Assembly (NCBI GenBank): GCA_951406725.2
Contig: OX597815.1
Span: forward strand, 105,772,001 to 105,836,000
DNA length: 64,000 nucleotides
Source of the DNA: Octopus vulgaris
Lineage: Eukaryota
Direction: 5' to 3'
This document shows positions 1 through 14,460 of this stretch, one piece after another. The stretch's first letter is position 1; each line of letters opens with the position of its first letter. The notes under the pieces are model-generated. The model ran no database searches, was not told the DNA's origin, and saw only the letters and a list, made by a program, of their open reading frames with translations. Made by a program: the position numbers and the translations under genes.

Positions 1-1230
1 AAAGGATGAAAGGCTAAATCAACCTTGACAGAGTTTGAACTCAGAATGTAAGGATGGACAAAATGCCACTAAGCATTTTACACAGCATGCTAACAGTTCT
101 GCCAGGTCACTGCAGCAGCAGCAGTAGCAGCAGCAGTAGTAGTAGTAGTAGTGGTAGTAGTAGTAGTAATTTCGTTTCTGATTTAGGCACAATGTAAAGC
201 AATTTTAAGGGAAGGGGTTAGACAATGTTATCGACCTCAGTACTTGACTAGCATTTTATTTTATTGACCCCAAACAAAAAGATAAAAGGTAATGCTGACC
301 TCAGTGGTATTTAAATTCAGAATGTAAAGAGCTGGGGAAAAAAACTGCAAGACATTGGTTGATGCTCTAACGATTCTGTGAATCCACCATAATTGGACAA
401 CTGCCCAAAGTTAAAAATAAATATACATTATTTTAAATTTAGAAAACACTATTCTGAGTCATTAAGAATCTATTTAATTTGTTTTGTTAGGTTTTTTATA
501 TTTAGAAAATGCACCAAGCACCACTACAATCTATAATATACCACAATAATTGGTCGTGTATACAGTTTCCTAGAACTATTATTTATTAGATTTATATAGA
601 TGTTGAAATCATTTCTAGGAGGCAATTGAAAGCAGCTGTTGTTACATATAATAAAATAATAGTTCTAAGAAATATCTTACAGCACAGAAGTAATAGCAGA
701 ATATTTTGTTAAAATCTTCAGATCTCAACCAGCAGATTGTTGCACATTTCCAGTCTATATCATTCAACAGATGGTTATGTGTAAAGCAGTGTGACAGTCA
801 CATCATGTTGTATCTATTTTGTTATCCAGTTCACATCTGATCAAAGTGGTTGTCAGTGGGTTATCAAATAACAAACCAATGGTTTATTGCTTTTTTTTTG
901 TTCAGTGATAACAATACATAAACATGCATGTAAGCATGTGTATGTATATGTGGTTGTTTGTGTATGTGTGTTCTTGTTTATACTACAGAATGCCTAGTCT
1001 TCAAAAACAGAGAAATTTGATTTTTACAAAAGCTCTGTTCTCATCTTTTTCTAAATATCTGTCTTGTAAACCTAAATGTCTTTAAGCATTTTTATCATTT
1101 ATACAATGATGCCAACAGTAATAATAGTTTCTACTTAGGCACCAGACCAGCAGCACTAGAAATGATAAAAACTGTTGGACTAGTGCCTTAGTTATGTCAG
1201 TCTTCATAAATGATAATAATAATAATAATA

Positions 1231-1274
<44 letters not shown>

Positions 1275-1912
1275 TTTTTTTTTTTTCTTCTTTCAAATTT
1301 TCTTCCATTTCTTGCCGAGTGTCTTCCCGACTCCTAGGGCAAAGAAACTCATAGTGTATATTGGTAGGCCATTAAACCAAACTCAGTAGTTCGTTCATTT
1401 TTTTTTTTTTTTTTTTTAAAGTTAAATTAAAATGCATGAGCAGCAACAGTTCTCACATCGACAATGCTCTTCTCAATACGTGTGATGTACCAGTTAAGAC
1501 AATCTTTGCACTTCTTGCAGGGATGGTAAGCCAGGGATCATTCTCATATAATTTTCGGTTCCCTTCTTGATCATTCCTAGTGCTCCTACGATCACTGGTA
1601 TTGTAACCGCCTTGAGATGCCACATTTTCTCAATTTCAATGAGTAGGTCTTTATATTTTCTGAGCTTGTCAAACTCTTTCGCTGAGATATTATGATCACA
1701 GGGGATGCTCATGTCGATCAATAAGCAAACTTTGTTGTTTTGGTCTTTCACAACAATATCTGGTTTATTGGCCTTGATGGTTCGGTCTGTATGTACTGGA
1801 AAGTCCCACAGAATGGTTACATTTTCTCCTTCAGTTACAGCCTCAGGGTGGTGATTATACCACTTGTCGGCAGTTTTGATATTGTAATGCCGACTTATTA
1901 GCCAGTGGAGAT
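1275..1912 (-). mobile_element. 5'-truncated R4/Dong-clade non-LTR retrotransposon (C-terminal restriction-like endonuclease plus 3' UTR)
   Basis: Translation ILWDFPVHTDRTIKANKPDIVVKD..CLLIDMSIP..EFDKLRKYKDL..IPVIVGALG has the PD..D..K RLE motif typical of R4/Dong/Rex6. Both flanks are (TAA)n on the element strand. The N-terminus of the listed ORF is only translated microsatellite. Confidence 0.85.
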
Positions 1913-1913
1913 A

Positions 1914-1948
<35 letters not shown>

Positions 1949-2234
1949 CATTATTCATCTTATACTTATTCTTATTCTTCCTCTTCTCCTCCCCACATCC
2001 TCCTCCTCCTCCTCCTCCTCCTCCTCCTTCTTCTTCTTCTTCTTCTTCTTCTTCACCTAGGTTGTCTTTGCCGTTCATCCTTTCAGGGGTGATAAAATAA
2101 GTATCAGTTGATTACTGGGATCAATATAATCGACTCAGACCCTCTTCCAAAACTTCTGGCTTTCTGCCAAAATTTGAAACAGTTATTTCCCCAATTGTTG
2201 GCCTTTTGCAAAAATTTGAAACCATTATTATTCA

Positions 2235-2430
2235 GGCAGTGAGCTGGCAGAACTGTTAGCATGCCAGGCGAAATACTTAGTGGTATTTCACCTGTCATCG
2301 TGTTCTGAGTTCAAATTCTGCTGAGATTGACTTTGCCTTTCATCCTTTCAGGTTCAATGAAATAAGCACCAATCGAGTACTGGGGTCTCTCCCCCAAAAT
2401 TTCGGGCATTGTGCCTTTTGAAGAAAGGAT
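2235..2430 (+). mobile_element. SINE-like repeat, family B
   Basis: GGCAGTGAGCTGGCAGAA head, GAGTTCAAATTC B-box-like motif, GCCTTTCATCCTTTC core and (TTA)n tail. Related copies at ~1-110, 180-380, 2710-2900, 19513-19741 and 39890-40045. Confidence 0.75.
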
Positions 2431-3510
2431 TATTATTATTATTATGATTATTATCATTATTTCCTACATAGAAGGTTATAAATATGGAGAAAGAGTTATA
2501 ACTGATTAAATCTACTGAAGTGCTTCTCTTTTATTTCATCAACCTTCAAAAGATGAAAGGCTAAATCAGTCTTAAAATTATTTAAACTCAGAATTTAAAG
2601 GCATATAAATATATATGGCAAGGTTTTTTTTTTCTTTTTGTCCACTGTACTCTGACTCCACCATCTACCTCCCTTATAATAATCAAAATAATGATAATGA
2701 TAATAACACAGGCACAAGGACAGTAATTTGTAGAGAAAATGTTTATCAATATAATCAACCCCAGTCCTTGACTGGCAATTTATTTTATGAACCTGAAAAA
2801 ATTAAAGGCAAAGTTGACTTCAGTGGGATTTGAAATCAGAATGCAAAGAGCCAGAACAAATTTCACAAGGCATTTTCCCCATTGCTCTAGCAATTCTGTC
2901 ACTTTCTAGCATACACCAGGCTAACAATTTGTAGAGGGGGTATATAGTAAATTAAAGCAAAACATTGTATTACTAAGGATGAAATACAAACTCAAACCTG
3001 GCAGTATTTGAACTCAGAATACAGAGAACTACAAAGTGGGCAGTATTTAATCTGGTAGTCATTATTCTTATCACTTCATATTTCAAAAAAGAAACATTTC
3101 TTACATAGGCATAATTTCTCACCTGTTTTTATAAGAGAGGGTAAAGTGTTAGTTGTAGCAACCATTCTTTTATCATCAACATCAATATCACCATCATTGA
3201 TACTCTAATGCCTATTTTCCAAGTTAGCATGAACTTGATAGGTCTACTATACAGTATATTGTCACTCCCCTCTTGTATAAAAAACAACTTCCTGAGATCT
3301 AGTCTCACTATTTCTTCCTATATTGTTGTCAGTCTTCCTCAGACATAGGTAACTTTCACTCAAAATACACAGCATTTATTCACCCAAAGCTCTTCTCCAC
3401 ATGTTCCATCACATATCTCCACTGTGACAACTGCCTCTCCTGCATACATCAGCTGATGTCTTTGCTGACTTTTGTCACTTGTTCTTCATCACCTGTTTGT
3501 TGTTGTAGTA

Positions 3511-3816
3511 CAGTGGTTCCCAAACTTTTTTGGGCTGCCACCCCCTTGACACTCAGGCCACAGTCCTAGCACCACCCCAACTAACCATCACAATCATAGA
3601 CCTCTTCCTAAAGCAAATTCAAAGCAACTGTATTTCACAAGTAAAACTTAACCTAATAAGCCCATTATTTTGTTGTTTTTACATGAATTGCTACCTCATT
3701 ATCACCCTACTTTTTACATGAATCACTACCCCATTATTGCCCCACTTTCCTTCAATGCCCCCTTGGAATGTTCCACTGCTCCCAGGGGACAATGCTACTC
3801 ACTTTGCGAACCACTG
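3511..3816. mobile_element. hAT (Charlie-like) MITE
   Basis: TIRs CAGTGGTTCCCAAA / TTTGCGAACCACTG and 8-bp TSD TTGTAGTA / TTGTAGCA. A homologous copy lies at 17371-17647. Confidence 0.85.
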
Positions 3817-4996
3817 TTGTAGCAGATGAGAACAAACAGTAGAGTCAATTGACTCAACCTTAACACATTCCTAGTTCTTATTTTTGTTGATGTTGTATGG
3901 CCCCTGGGTCAGCCTTGATCAAACAGACCTATTATCAGAGATGTTTTATTTATGGTTTTACCATTTTTTATTCAGTGTATCTTGGACTGCATTATTTAAT
4001 GTGTTTTTACTTTTATAAGATGCTAGAATGAGATCTGAGAGCAATTTGACTACTATTCCTTGGAGGTTATGTCACTATATAAAAGATTCCTTGTGGTTGT
4101 TATTTCATAAACTATGGAATTATTTAAAGATAGACTTTACTGCACTGGGATTTGAACTCAGGCAGATGAAAGAGAAGTTAGGTGTATTCAACTTAATTCT
4201 AACTTCTAACATTATTTAATCAAGGATGTGAATATTAATTGAATTAGTAAAGTTTATAAGTAGAAAGATTTTAACAATGTTAATTTGTTGAGAGAAAAAA
4301 TATTCCATCTATATATAAAAATACAGGTTTTATGCAGTGTGATTTATTAAAGCAGTGAAGTGTCATGTAAGAAATATTTATAGGATAAGAAACCTGTTTG
4401 GAAACAGACATTTGAAGATTATAGGAAAGAAATTGCAAGTGGCTCAGTTAGATGATTAAAATTGATTTTAAATTGATAGGAAATGTTGTAAGATAATAAT
4501 AAGAAATAAACAGTAAATTTGAAGATAGAGAGAACAAAGTGGGAAAGGAAATATAGAGAGAATAGATTAGGTTTTAATTAAAGTTGTCAGGGTTAACTCA
4601 AGAAACAATTGGTTGAATGGACCAATTGTTGAAGGTCTGTCCAACCATTTCTCTAGTAGAAACTAGCTATGATGATATGCACGCACATTCAAACAGAAAT
4701 ACACACATTTGCATAGTTACATAGAAGGTGCACACATGCATACACACATACAGAAACACACAGAGATTATAACTCCATGCATTGCCTACCCAACTCCTCT
4801 ACAACCAAAGAAAGTCTTTATTACTTCAGTTTCTCTCTCCCCCCCCCTCTCTCTCATATTAATTTTCTATTTTTGTTTTGTAAATGCAAAAGTAAAAAAG
4901 CAAAACAAGAGACCAGATACTAGTATTCCTCTTATTCAAGGACTAAAAATAATAATAATCAACTTATCTTTAGATAGATAAATTAGTTACAGTAAT

Positions 4997-7639
4997 TTCC
5001 ATCACCATCTTAATAGTAGACATACAGTATATCACACCTAGCTAGTTATTTCTTTTAGTTTACATGCCAGCATGGACAACAGATCCAATACTAAAAAAAA
5101 AAAAAGTCACAACAACAAACTACTACATGATCACTTTATCTGCTAGAAATAGCAACTAAATCTCCTTTATATCACACCCTACCCTCTTAGAATGAGAAAT
5201 GACACATTAGATAATGTTGTCCTAGATATTTATTTTAATGAGAAAAAAATGACAGAATGATCACGACAAGAACAGTTTTGATCATAAGTCTGTTCAATCA
5301 AGTCTTACCAGAGTACTGGTGTTATGTTTATGATGGATACATATTTTCACAACAGTAAGTTCAAAACTTCCAATAGATATTATAATCAAATTTTAGAGTT
5401 TTCCAACATTATCCAAACTGTATACCATGAAACATTTCTTTGACATTGAATTGAAAGCCACTTTAAGTAGTTCTTACCCTGTGCAAGCCTAAAAACATCA
5501 CAGCAACATTGATATAACAATGCCATAGATTAAGTAAACTGATACAACATAATGATGCTGACTTGATTCATTTCCCTATTAATAATAGGATATTATAAAT
5601 ATAACATTACTACAGCCACAAAAGATAAATTGTCTTTGTCGTTGTAGCTTTTGTGACTTCTGAATTCCTTTTGTGATTCTATATCTCCTGTGTGGTAGTA
5701 TTGTACCACTGATTAAGTTGTTGTCAGGATTAACACGATTTAGTAGCAGTGGCACCGTGGGAGGTAATGGAGATTGAATATTCCCAGTATTTAAATGGAG
5801 AAATTGATGATGTTGACCTTTTAGGAACATTACTAAAAAGATCACATGATCAAGCGACAGCTCCACAGGAGATAGAAAAGTTGGTGATGTTGGTCCACAG
5901 ATAACATTATCTTGATAAGCAGATGTGTTTGGAGAAAGTTATTTAGAAACCATTTGTTAAATTAATGCTAACTAAGGTTTTTCACATTCAGATTTAATCC
6001 AGACTGTGTTTCTGCCAGCATGAATTAGATAGCGTGCATCTGCACAAGTTTCATTAAACTGTTCGACTTAGTAAGAAATAAATTTCATTCATTATACTGT
6101 CAAACCTTTGAAAAAGGCTTTACTACTATTCTTAATTCTCTACCAAGTAATTTCTCTGCTAAAGATAATTAGCATGCATCAAATGCACTGCACTCATTGA
6201 AAGGAGCCCTTAACAAATATTCATCAAACTCTCCAACTGCTAGACTGTAACCGTGTAATGCAGACTTTATTGTTTCCTCGTCTGTTTCTGCTGCCCCATT
6301 AGACTTTGAATAATAGGTTAGACTTAGAATACTTGTAGCAAAGTTAGTTTAACCATTCTTTTAATTAAATGAGCTATAACTTATTTTCTTTGTCTAATAT
6401 CACTCCAAGTTTGTACTAGAATATAAAACAGCTTCAAGTAGTGATTGAGTCAACTATAATCTACACATTCTCAGTATTTTGTACGTATTCACAATCTGTA
6501 TGTAATCTCATCTAAAGGTGTGATACAGGTCACTATTTATTACAAGGAAAATTTTAAAATCTTATTTACTGCACATGCTGCAAGAGCTGACAAGTTCTTT
6601 AGTATCTCTATGAACTATTAGGCCACCAATCCCTTGATTTCTCCAGTTTTGTTGTACATTCATGTCATGAATTTAAGAAAGAACTTTTGCACGATAAGGG
6701 GAAGATGTCTGGTAAATTGTTATTCTAAGACAGTTTGTTCAAACCACTCTATTTCAGCAACACAACTCCTTGAGTAAACATATGTTAAAATAGTGTTTGA
6801 TAATTTCAACTTCATCAGCAATAATTAACTCATTTAGGAAAATAAAAATAAGAAATAAGTGGAAATTTTATCGGTGAGTGTGTTACATTGTAAGGCACAA
6901 AAAGAAAATGACTCTCCCCAGGCACAACAGAATTAACACATCACTATTCATATATAATTTATTTGTAAAGAGGTCTATGAAACTAAACTGAATCATACTT
7001 TAGTCTATCAAGAAATGATAGATAATTTTATCAGGTATGTTATTGATTCTGAAGTAATATTGTGAAGTTCACCTGACAATCCACTGAGCAGCTCACCTGA
7101 AAGCATGAAGATCATTTAAAAAATGAATTGCAACAGCTGAAGATCAGCCTTGTGTATGAAAGATTTCTCTTAGAGATTACAGACTTCCTTCTGTACTTCA
7201 CTAACTTCTCTGTATCTTTCCATTGGTCAGTATTATAGCCTTCTTTCTCAACTATGTCTATTCACTCTCAGGACATATGAATATCAATAACGTTAAGTTG
7301 TACTGATTGCTTTTTTTCTTGAAAGATATAATATAATCACACTATGTTTATCACTGCTCCCTATTTATTATTCATAACTCATTTGTGGATGAAAATATAG
7401 TTTTTTTGTCTTTTAGTATGTATAAATATTCATATTTAAGTGCTGTGTTGTTCTAAGCATTTTTTTTCAAAAAAAGTAAAATTTTCATTAATCTCTTAAA
7501 GATTTACAGACTTCCTTCTCTATTTTTCCTTTCATCCCCACCTCCTTACCCTTCCATCACTATCTTAATAGTAGACATACAGTATATCACACCTAGCTAG
7601 TTATTTCTTTTAGTTCACATGCCAGCATGGACAACAGAT
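4997..7639 (+). repeat. 88-bp direct repeat pair (4997-5084 and 7552-7639)
   Basis: TTCCATCAC..GCATGGACAACAGAT occurs twice with 2 mismatches. Confidence 0.9.
6230..7000 (-). pseudogene. Highly degenerate Ty3/gypsy pol relic (integrase zinc finger and core, possible RNase H end)
   Basis: Minus-strand fragments WWPN..DTKELVSSCSMCSK (H2C2 finger), YYSKSNGAAETDEETIKSAL (resembles PYHPQSNGxAE) and FSLV..HRPL occur in gypsy order, with many stops and frameshifts. Confidence 0.5.
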
Positions 7640-7689
7640 GTTAAATGATGTTAATGATTTACATATTTGGCCGGGAATGTTTGATTATC

Positions 7690-8860
7690 AGGGAATTGTT
7701 GATTCAGTTGAGTGGTAATATTAATATTTGTATAGCAATTAAGAATTTGAAGATGGAGAAAGCTCTTGATCCATCAGGAATAACTACTTAAAATATTTGG
7801 TGGCCTAGAGATACAGCCTAGTCACCAGGTTGTTCAAGAATGTATCATGCATAATGACTGGTGTTGCAGCATTATAGTCAACTGTTACAAAGGTAAAGAA
7901 GATTCCTTAGAGACAAGCAGTTACAGAGGTATCAGATTGCTGAACCAGGCCATGAAAGTTACTTGATGAGTATTAGGTCAGCTAATTAGGAAGAGAGTTA
8001 GACAAGATAAGATGCAGTTTGGTTTTGTGTCAAGCAGAAGTACAACCAATACCCTCTGTCTTGTAAGAAAATTTTGAGGGAAAATATTTGACCAACAGTA
8101 AACCATTATACTTGGCTTTTCTCATCCTGGTAAAAGTCTTCAACAGGATCCTTTCCTTCATGATCTGGTGGTCATTGGCTAACTAGGAGTAGATGAATGG
8201 CCAATGAAAGTCATTCAAGCCATATACAGGGATGCTGTCAGTAAGGTGAGAGTACAGCAATAAATTCAGTGTGCAGTTAGAAGTTTACGAGTCTCCTCTA
8301 ATTTATCATAGTCTTCCAGGCTGTAATAGAAGAGTTTAAAACTGATTACCCATGAGAATTCCTTTGTGCTGATAATCTTATTCTTATAGATGAATTTCTA
8401 GTAGAATTGTAAAAGAAATTGTAGGTGTGAAAGCAAAACTTGGAGAAAGTTCATTGTGCAATTACCTCTTTTGGTAGCAAAATCCCTTGTTTTCAGAGTG
8501 AAAGACAGCTTATACGATGCTTGAATACAAACATGATACATGGCAGTGAAGTATGGGCCTTGAATGCAGAGGACTTGCAAAGATGTGAAAAGTGAAAATG
8601 TATGTTCAGAGAAAAATTAGATGTAAGAGGAATGAGATGTAATGTGCAAGAGAGAAAACTGTTACTATTATTATGTGATGCATAAGGTTGAGAACAGCTA
8701 CATAAAGAAATACCAATAGTTAAATGTAGATGGAATGTGTAGAAGAGGGAGACCTAAGAAGACATAGGACAAAGTAGTGAGGACCAATTTAAGATTGTTG
8801 AGCTTCACAGAGATTACAAATGACTAAGATGATTCACTATGCTTGAAAATACCCATTTAC
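7690..8860 (+). mobile_element. Degenerate RTE LINE RT region
   Basis: Colinear with the 58577 RTE ORF (IVNCYKGK, YRGIRLL, MQFGFV, ADN at the YADD position), with many stops. Confidence 0.85.
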
Positions 8861-10428
8861 CTCAGGAAAAAATGAAGTTTGTGTCTATGTCCATGCACCC
8901 AATCTGTTTCTGTTGAGCCTTCCTCACAATTCATCTTTGTAACACTCATCACCCTTCCCTTTTTCACCCTTCTAACTACAGCATTATTTCATCTGCTTCT
9001 GTAAATTCATGAGAGCACATATTTCGCTCACCACTTTTGTGCTCTCAGATATCCCTCTTCTTGGAACCTCCTCCTTTGTCACCTATACCACATTCTGAAC
9101 AGCATCCTTCACTACAATATTTTCCAATTAGCACCCTTTTCTCTAAACACTTCTTTCTTCTAAACACTCTCTCATATCAGCCATCAACATACTCCCTGCC
9201 TTTGTTTATCACTCACCATATCCACTCCCAAGTGCCTCTGACCTCTGTCAATATACACTGTACAACCCTGTACCCCCAACACATAATACACTCGACATCA
9301 CCTCCCAATTTTTTATCCAGCAATGGTTTTATTATATTGTTACTGTTCACCTTCCCTGCTTTAAGTATTGATACTTACCACCTCTCCCTCACTGTCCCAC
9401 TTCTATTTTCCTCTACCTCCTCCTCCCAAATCGAGATTTGCCATTAAGTACGCCACCACCCATCTTCACCACTCACTGCATCCACTTCTATCTTATTACT
9501 AACTCTGTCACTCTCCTTTCACACTCTCATGAAACCAACAATCCTTTGATTCTCCACCCCTGTTCTCTCTTTATCCACTTCTTTGTTCCTTGAGGGTAAA
9601 TCCTGACACCTCATCTTTTCTCCTTTTTTGGCTGGGATAGCCTTGTATCTCCTCTACAGCAAGACACCTGTTCTTGTCCCTCTTTACTACATTAGCCTCT
9701 TTATACCTGGCATAAAACCACCTCCCTCAATAATGCAGCCCCACTCAGTTGGTGGACCATGTCATGCAAGTTACTGTGTGACCTTGCCAGTGCCATGAAA
9801 AAGGCATCTATCCAGAGAAATCATGCCATAGAAAACATCAGTCCTCTGGTACATTAGATTCTGTCGAACCATCTGGCCCTGCCAGCATGGAACACAGACA
9901 TTAAATGATATAAGAATGTGCATGTGTGTCTGTGTGCACATGCACTTGCACAGAGGCACCACCCCTGCATTTTGGAAGCATTCTTTCTGAAAATTTTGTT
10001 ATGACATTGAATTCCAACAGAAGACCTATACTTCCATCAGCTTCTCTATTGCAAAATTTTCAAAATGCAATGTTCCAATAGCACAAGGAAACAAGGAATG
10101 ACAGTTTGTTGGAACTTTTGTCTTGATGTCATACAATGGTTGTAAACAAGTATTGCTGTCACTCAAATGAAGTTGTTCATTTCCAGTTTTCCACAAAGAA
10201 CATGTTTGGCTATGGGGGAGTATTATCTTGCCTAGAAATAGGTAAGAGTTGGTGATAGGAAGGACATCCAACCATTGAGAATCTGCCTTGACAAATTCCA
10301 TTTGACTCTTGCAAGCATGGAAAGGAGGATGTTAAATGATAATGATTATGAGGAGGTGATAGGATAAATGAACCAGTAATAATACCTTTGCATGAAATGT
10401 TTTTGCCCTTTATATTATATATATATCA

Positions 10429-10686
10429 GTGGAGGCACGTGGCTTAGTGGTTAGGGTGTCAGCATCATGATCGTAAGATTGTGGTTTCGATTCCTGGACC
10501 GGGCGACACGTTGTGTTCTTGAGCAAAACACTTCATTTCACGTTGTTCCAGTCTACTCAGCTGGCAAAAATGAGTAACGCTGTGAAGGACTGGCGTCCCG
10601 TCCAGTTGGGGAACACATACGCCATTGAAACCGGGAAACCGAGCCCATGAGCCTGGCTAGGCTTTAAAAGGGCACATTTATTTATT
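10429..10686 (+). mobile_element. tRNA-derived CORE-like SINE, full length
   Basis: A box TGGCTTAGTGG, B box GTTTCGATTCC, CORE-like TGTGTTCTTGAGCAAAACACTT and (TTTA)n tail. Flanked by a TATT(AT)5-6CA duplication. Confidence 0.85.
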
Positions 10687-10841
10687 TATTATATATATAT
10701 ATCAAGGCTATCTCTGGGTTAAATTCTGACTGTGAAACCTGCTGCTTAGATATGTACATGTTAAGATTGGAATAGTAGAAGACTCTTCCTACGGACCCCA
10801 AATGAAACATGATTTTTCTGATTTTCTATTGTGTAATGACT

Positions 10842-10864
10842 GCAGCAGTAGCAGCAGCAGCAGC

Positions 10865-10951
<87 letters not shown>
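10842..10951. repeat. Compound microsatellite (CAG)(TAG)(TGG)(TAA)
   Basis: Read directly from the sequence; a similar tract lies at 112-168. Confidence 0.95.
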
Positions 10952-10953
<2 letters not shown>

Positions 10954-13900
10954 GATTATCGGCAATGATAGTTATGATTGTAAAGATTTCTATTCAATTT
11001 TTAAAAATATAATTATAGACATGTCTCATGCTTCGGTTTCGTCATTTATTAATAATGTATAATATATGTTCTAAGGCTATGAAAAGCAGTCTTACAGTCA
11101 ACTATCTGAGTAGCGGTGAAATAGCAAGGGAAGTAACTTCCGTCGGCTTATTACTATGCAATGTATCGGGTGTCAATTCAAGGACATTAACTCGTCTGAA
11201 ATGGCAGATATACGTTTTACCATATTGAAGTGTTATGGAAGGGTAGAGATTTGTGGCAATTGTCAATCTAATTTAAAGAATGTTATTATTTTGATATCAT
11301 TTGTTAGATAAAAGAACAACAAAACGGAGTGACTATTTGGTAAGCAAATCTTTGAAAAGTTTTACTCTGGCTGTTACATTCAAAAGAGAATCTATATTTA
11401 AATAAATGGGTATAAAACCAGCTAAAATGACAATTTACATGATTGGTTATTGACTGCTATGCTTACTTAATGATATTGCCCTGTATCTCTGACAAAGACA
11501 CTTCATTTATAACAGCTTTATCTATTTGGCTATAAATAACTATCACTGAATGACAGAGCACTTCAATGTGCAGTGCAAGACAGACTGTTCAAATGAGTGG
11601 TTTTGTTAGCTTTCAAAAGTGAGTTCATATGATTGATTAGCAAAATCGTTAATAGAATTGTATCTTATCCAAATAGAAATGTTTAGCTCCACTTACTAAG
11701 TAATGGCAATAGATTAAAAAAAAAATAAATAAATCTATCATAAGGAAGTTTAGAAATATTTGAGAGGTGTACATATAGGAAATTCTGTTTACCTTAGCAG
11801 AGCATTTATTATTAAGAAACCTTAATAGTATAAAACTATTAGAGTTCTTATGCTATATTGAGAAATGTACCACAAGTCAATGGATACACTGCTGGACTTG
11901 CAAGCAAAGAAATTAATACAGCTGGTTACCTATTTCTCTTAGATAATTTAAATACCATATTTGTCACTTCAGATAATATAATATAAAGATCTAAGTTCCG
12001 ACAAACTATTAATTATTTTAATAATGGTAATAGATATATTTATAACTGAATACTTGGTGTCACACTACCTAACTGCTAGTCTGGAGTTCTGGTCTTGTTG
12101 TATTGTTTGCATTTATCCACTAGTTGCTTCAGTGAGCCTCACTGCTATCATTACTGATAAATAGAACATTAGATTGTTGTTTCATGATCGAATATCTACA
12201 TTTTTAGATTTATCACTCTCATATCATATAAAACCTAATAATGTTTTGAATAACAAAAATTGTAAAGATGATGTAACTTCTTGTAAAAGTATTCCAGAAA
12301 TAGCACTTGTCTAGCCATTCTTTTTACCAAATATTTTCAATTATTATTTCTGTAATATCCATTGATTTGTCTTAGTTTTATTTTTACTGAATATTAAATG
12401 AGTTTATAAGAAGAATGCTATTTTCTACATTCTCTTGTGCTTGTTTTTGCAAGGATTCCCTTTGCCTTTTACTATGGTTAATCTAAATACCAAAACTATA
12501 CTACCAATTCAGTCAAATACATTATACTTTGTATGTAATTAAAAGAAATCAAAGCGTAAATTACCTCTTAAAAATGAAGTTAAAAATTCATTTGTAGTTT
12601 GTAATTCCATTATATATTTAGAGTACCTGGTTATTATGACTGTAATAATATGGTAGCGACTATAATATCTCTATGTGTGGATATGTACAAATATTGACAT
12701 TATTGTTGCTACAATTTTTAACTTTCCCCCGATATCATCCTGTGCTCTATAACTAATTTCATTAGTTAGATGCTAACTGAAACAGTTGATATCTTCACTT
12801 ACCAAACAACATCTGTCAATGTTTTATAACCAGTTCTGTTTGTTAGTACTAACAGAGATAGTAGACAGGTTCATTCACTATGCATTTTCCTATGTTCTAT
12901 AACCAGTTTTATGAGTTAGGTACTAAGAGAGATAGTAGGTATCATCCTCTCTCCAGATGTTTTTTAATTGGTTTGGTCTGGAGAAAGTTATGTCCATGGC
13001 CTTTGCAGACCATTGAATTTGGAGCAATAGTTGCAAGTTGATGGCTGCAGTAGGTTCATGGATAGGGCCAGGATTCCAGATGGCTGGTATCTGGGGCTGG
13101 GTGGATTGGTTAGTGCAGTGCTATGAGGGTAGACACAATATAAAGGGATGAGAAGGTATGAGACAAGTTAGTTGAGAATGTCTGAGTGGGTGTAATACAC
13201 GAACAGGCTACACTAAAGAATAGATTCCTCTGTTATAGCATTAGAAAAGGCTCAGAGACAGAGACAATGAGAGAGAGAAAGAAGAGCCTGTCTATAGACC
13301 AGAGGCTAGAGTGTGTTGGGAAGCAGCTTTAAGCAGATCAATTGAGTGACCTTGGGAGATGTAGTCTAAGATGTCTGGTGTGTAGCTGCAGCAGCATCCA
13401 TGATGTGGGATCAGTTCACCATTTGAATTTTGTAGAGGATTCTTTTTCTGGCCTTCAAGAAGATAACCAGTCTTTGAGGTGCAGTCTTCGCTTTGTTTTC
13501 ACCAAATAATTTTTCAAGGGCAATGACCTACTGGTGAATGGCATAGGAGAGTAGGTTGCCAGGAGATCTGGTTTAACAAAAGTCATTAAAGATTCAAATT
13601 GTTAGAGAAGCTTGTTATTAGTTAATGTCTGTCTCCAACTCCTTTCAGATTTTGGAAGTGAATGCAGTGAGATTTAAATGGAGAAACATGTTGCATTAAA
13701 CTACATAACATTAATTTTCTTGTTGAATACTACCTTTTCTGACAACTCAATCATGAAAATATCATGTGATGTATTTTGTAGTTGCTCATGGGAAACACAT
13801 TCATTAATCATTATGGTAGAGGTTGAGTGTTCAAGATAATTTCATTGATAAATGTGATATTGATGTAATACCTAAATTATCTGAAAGGACTACTTTATCA

Positions 13901-14460
13901 AAATTTAATGGTTAGCATCTGAGAGAAGTTAAGGTTGTCATTGATAGCAATATTTCACAGAGGAATCTAGTGATTGCTAATTTTGAAGGCTTTTATAAAT
14001 TCATTTGTTGTTTATGATGAAAGAAGAGTTAATGCTGATGATTGTTGTGGTGGCTGAAATGCTATTAGTAATAGTTGTTAGTGAATTTAGTAAGAAGAAG
14101 AAAGGGAAATGTTTGAAAACTTACTGACCTTCTCAGATCGATGAAGTTCAGTTTGATTATCAAATGGCCTGTGTTTGAAGGAAAAATCACAGACATGATA
14201 TCAGGTTACCACAAGCAGGGAGAGATCAGTGTGTGTAGTGCAAATTCTGGTGGTTTGGACACACACGAGTAACGAGGTGAAATGGTAGGTGGAACAAATT
14301 GGGTTGGGCAGAGATGGTAGATAGTTAGCAGAAGAGTAAAAACTACTGTAGTGGGGATAAGAGTGAGAGAAGAATGACACATTGCATCAATATGCCAGTG
14401 GTTAGAGCAGACAGATTTTTATCAAAATGTCTGTGTGTGTGATTGCCTTCTTATCTCAGA

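Noticed and set aside
5579-5866. 95-aa minus-strand ORF as a gene
   Set aside because: It has no recognisable domain or splice support and may be the decayed tail of the gypsy relic.
7004-7034. Possible extra host microexon (TAG...CAG|GTATGT)
   Set aside because: Its phase does not fit the 18616 exon, it has no coiled-coil signal, and it borders a TE relic.
11280-14300. Possible very old hAT and LINE remnants
   Set aside because: Only isolated motif-like words (e.g. WIHC) were seen, too decayed to call by eye.
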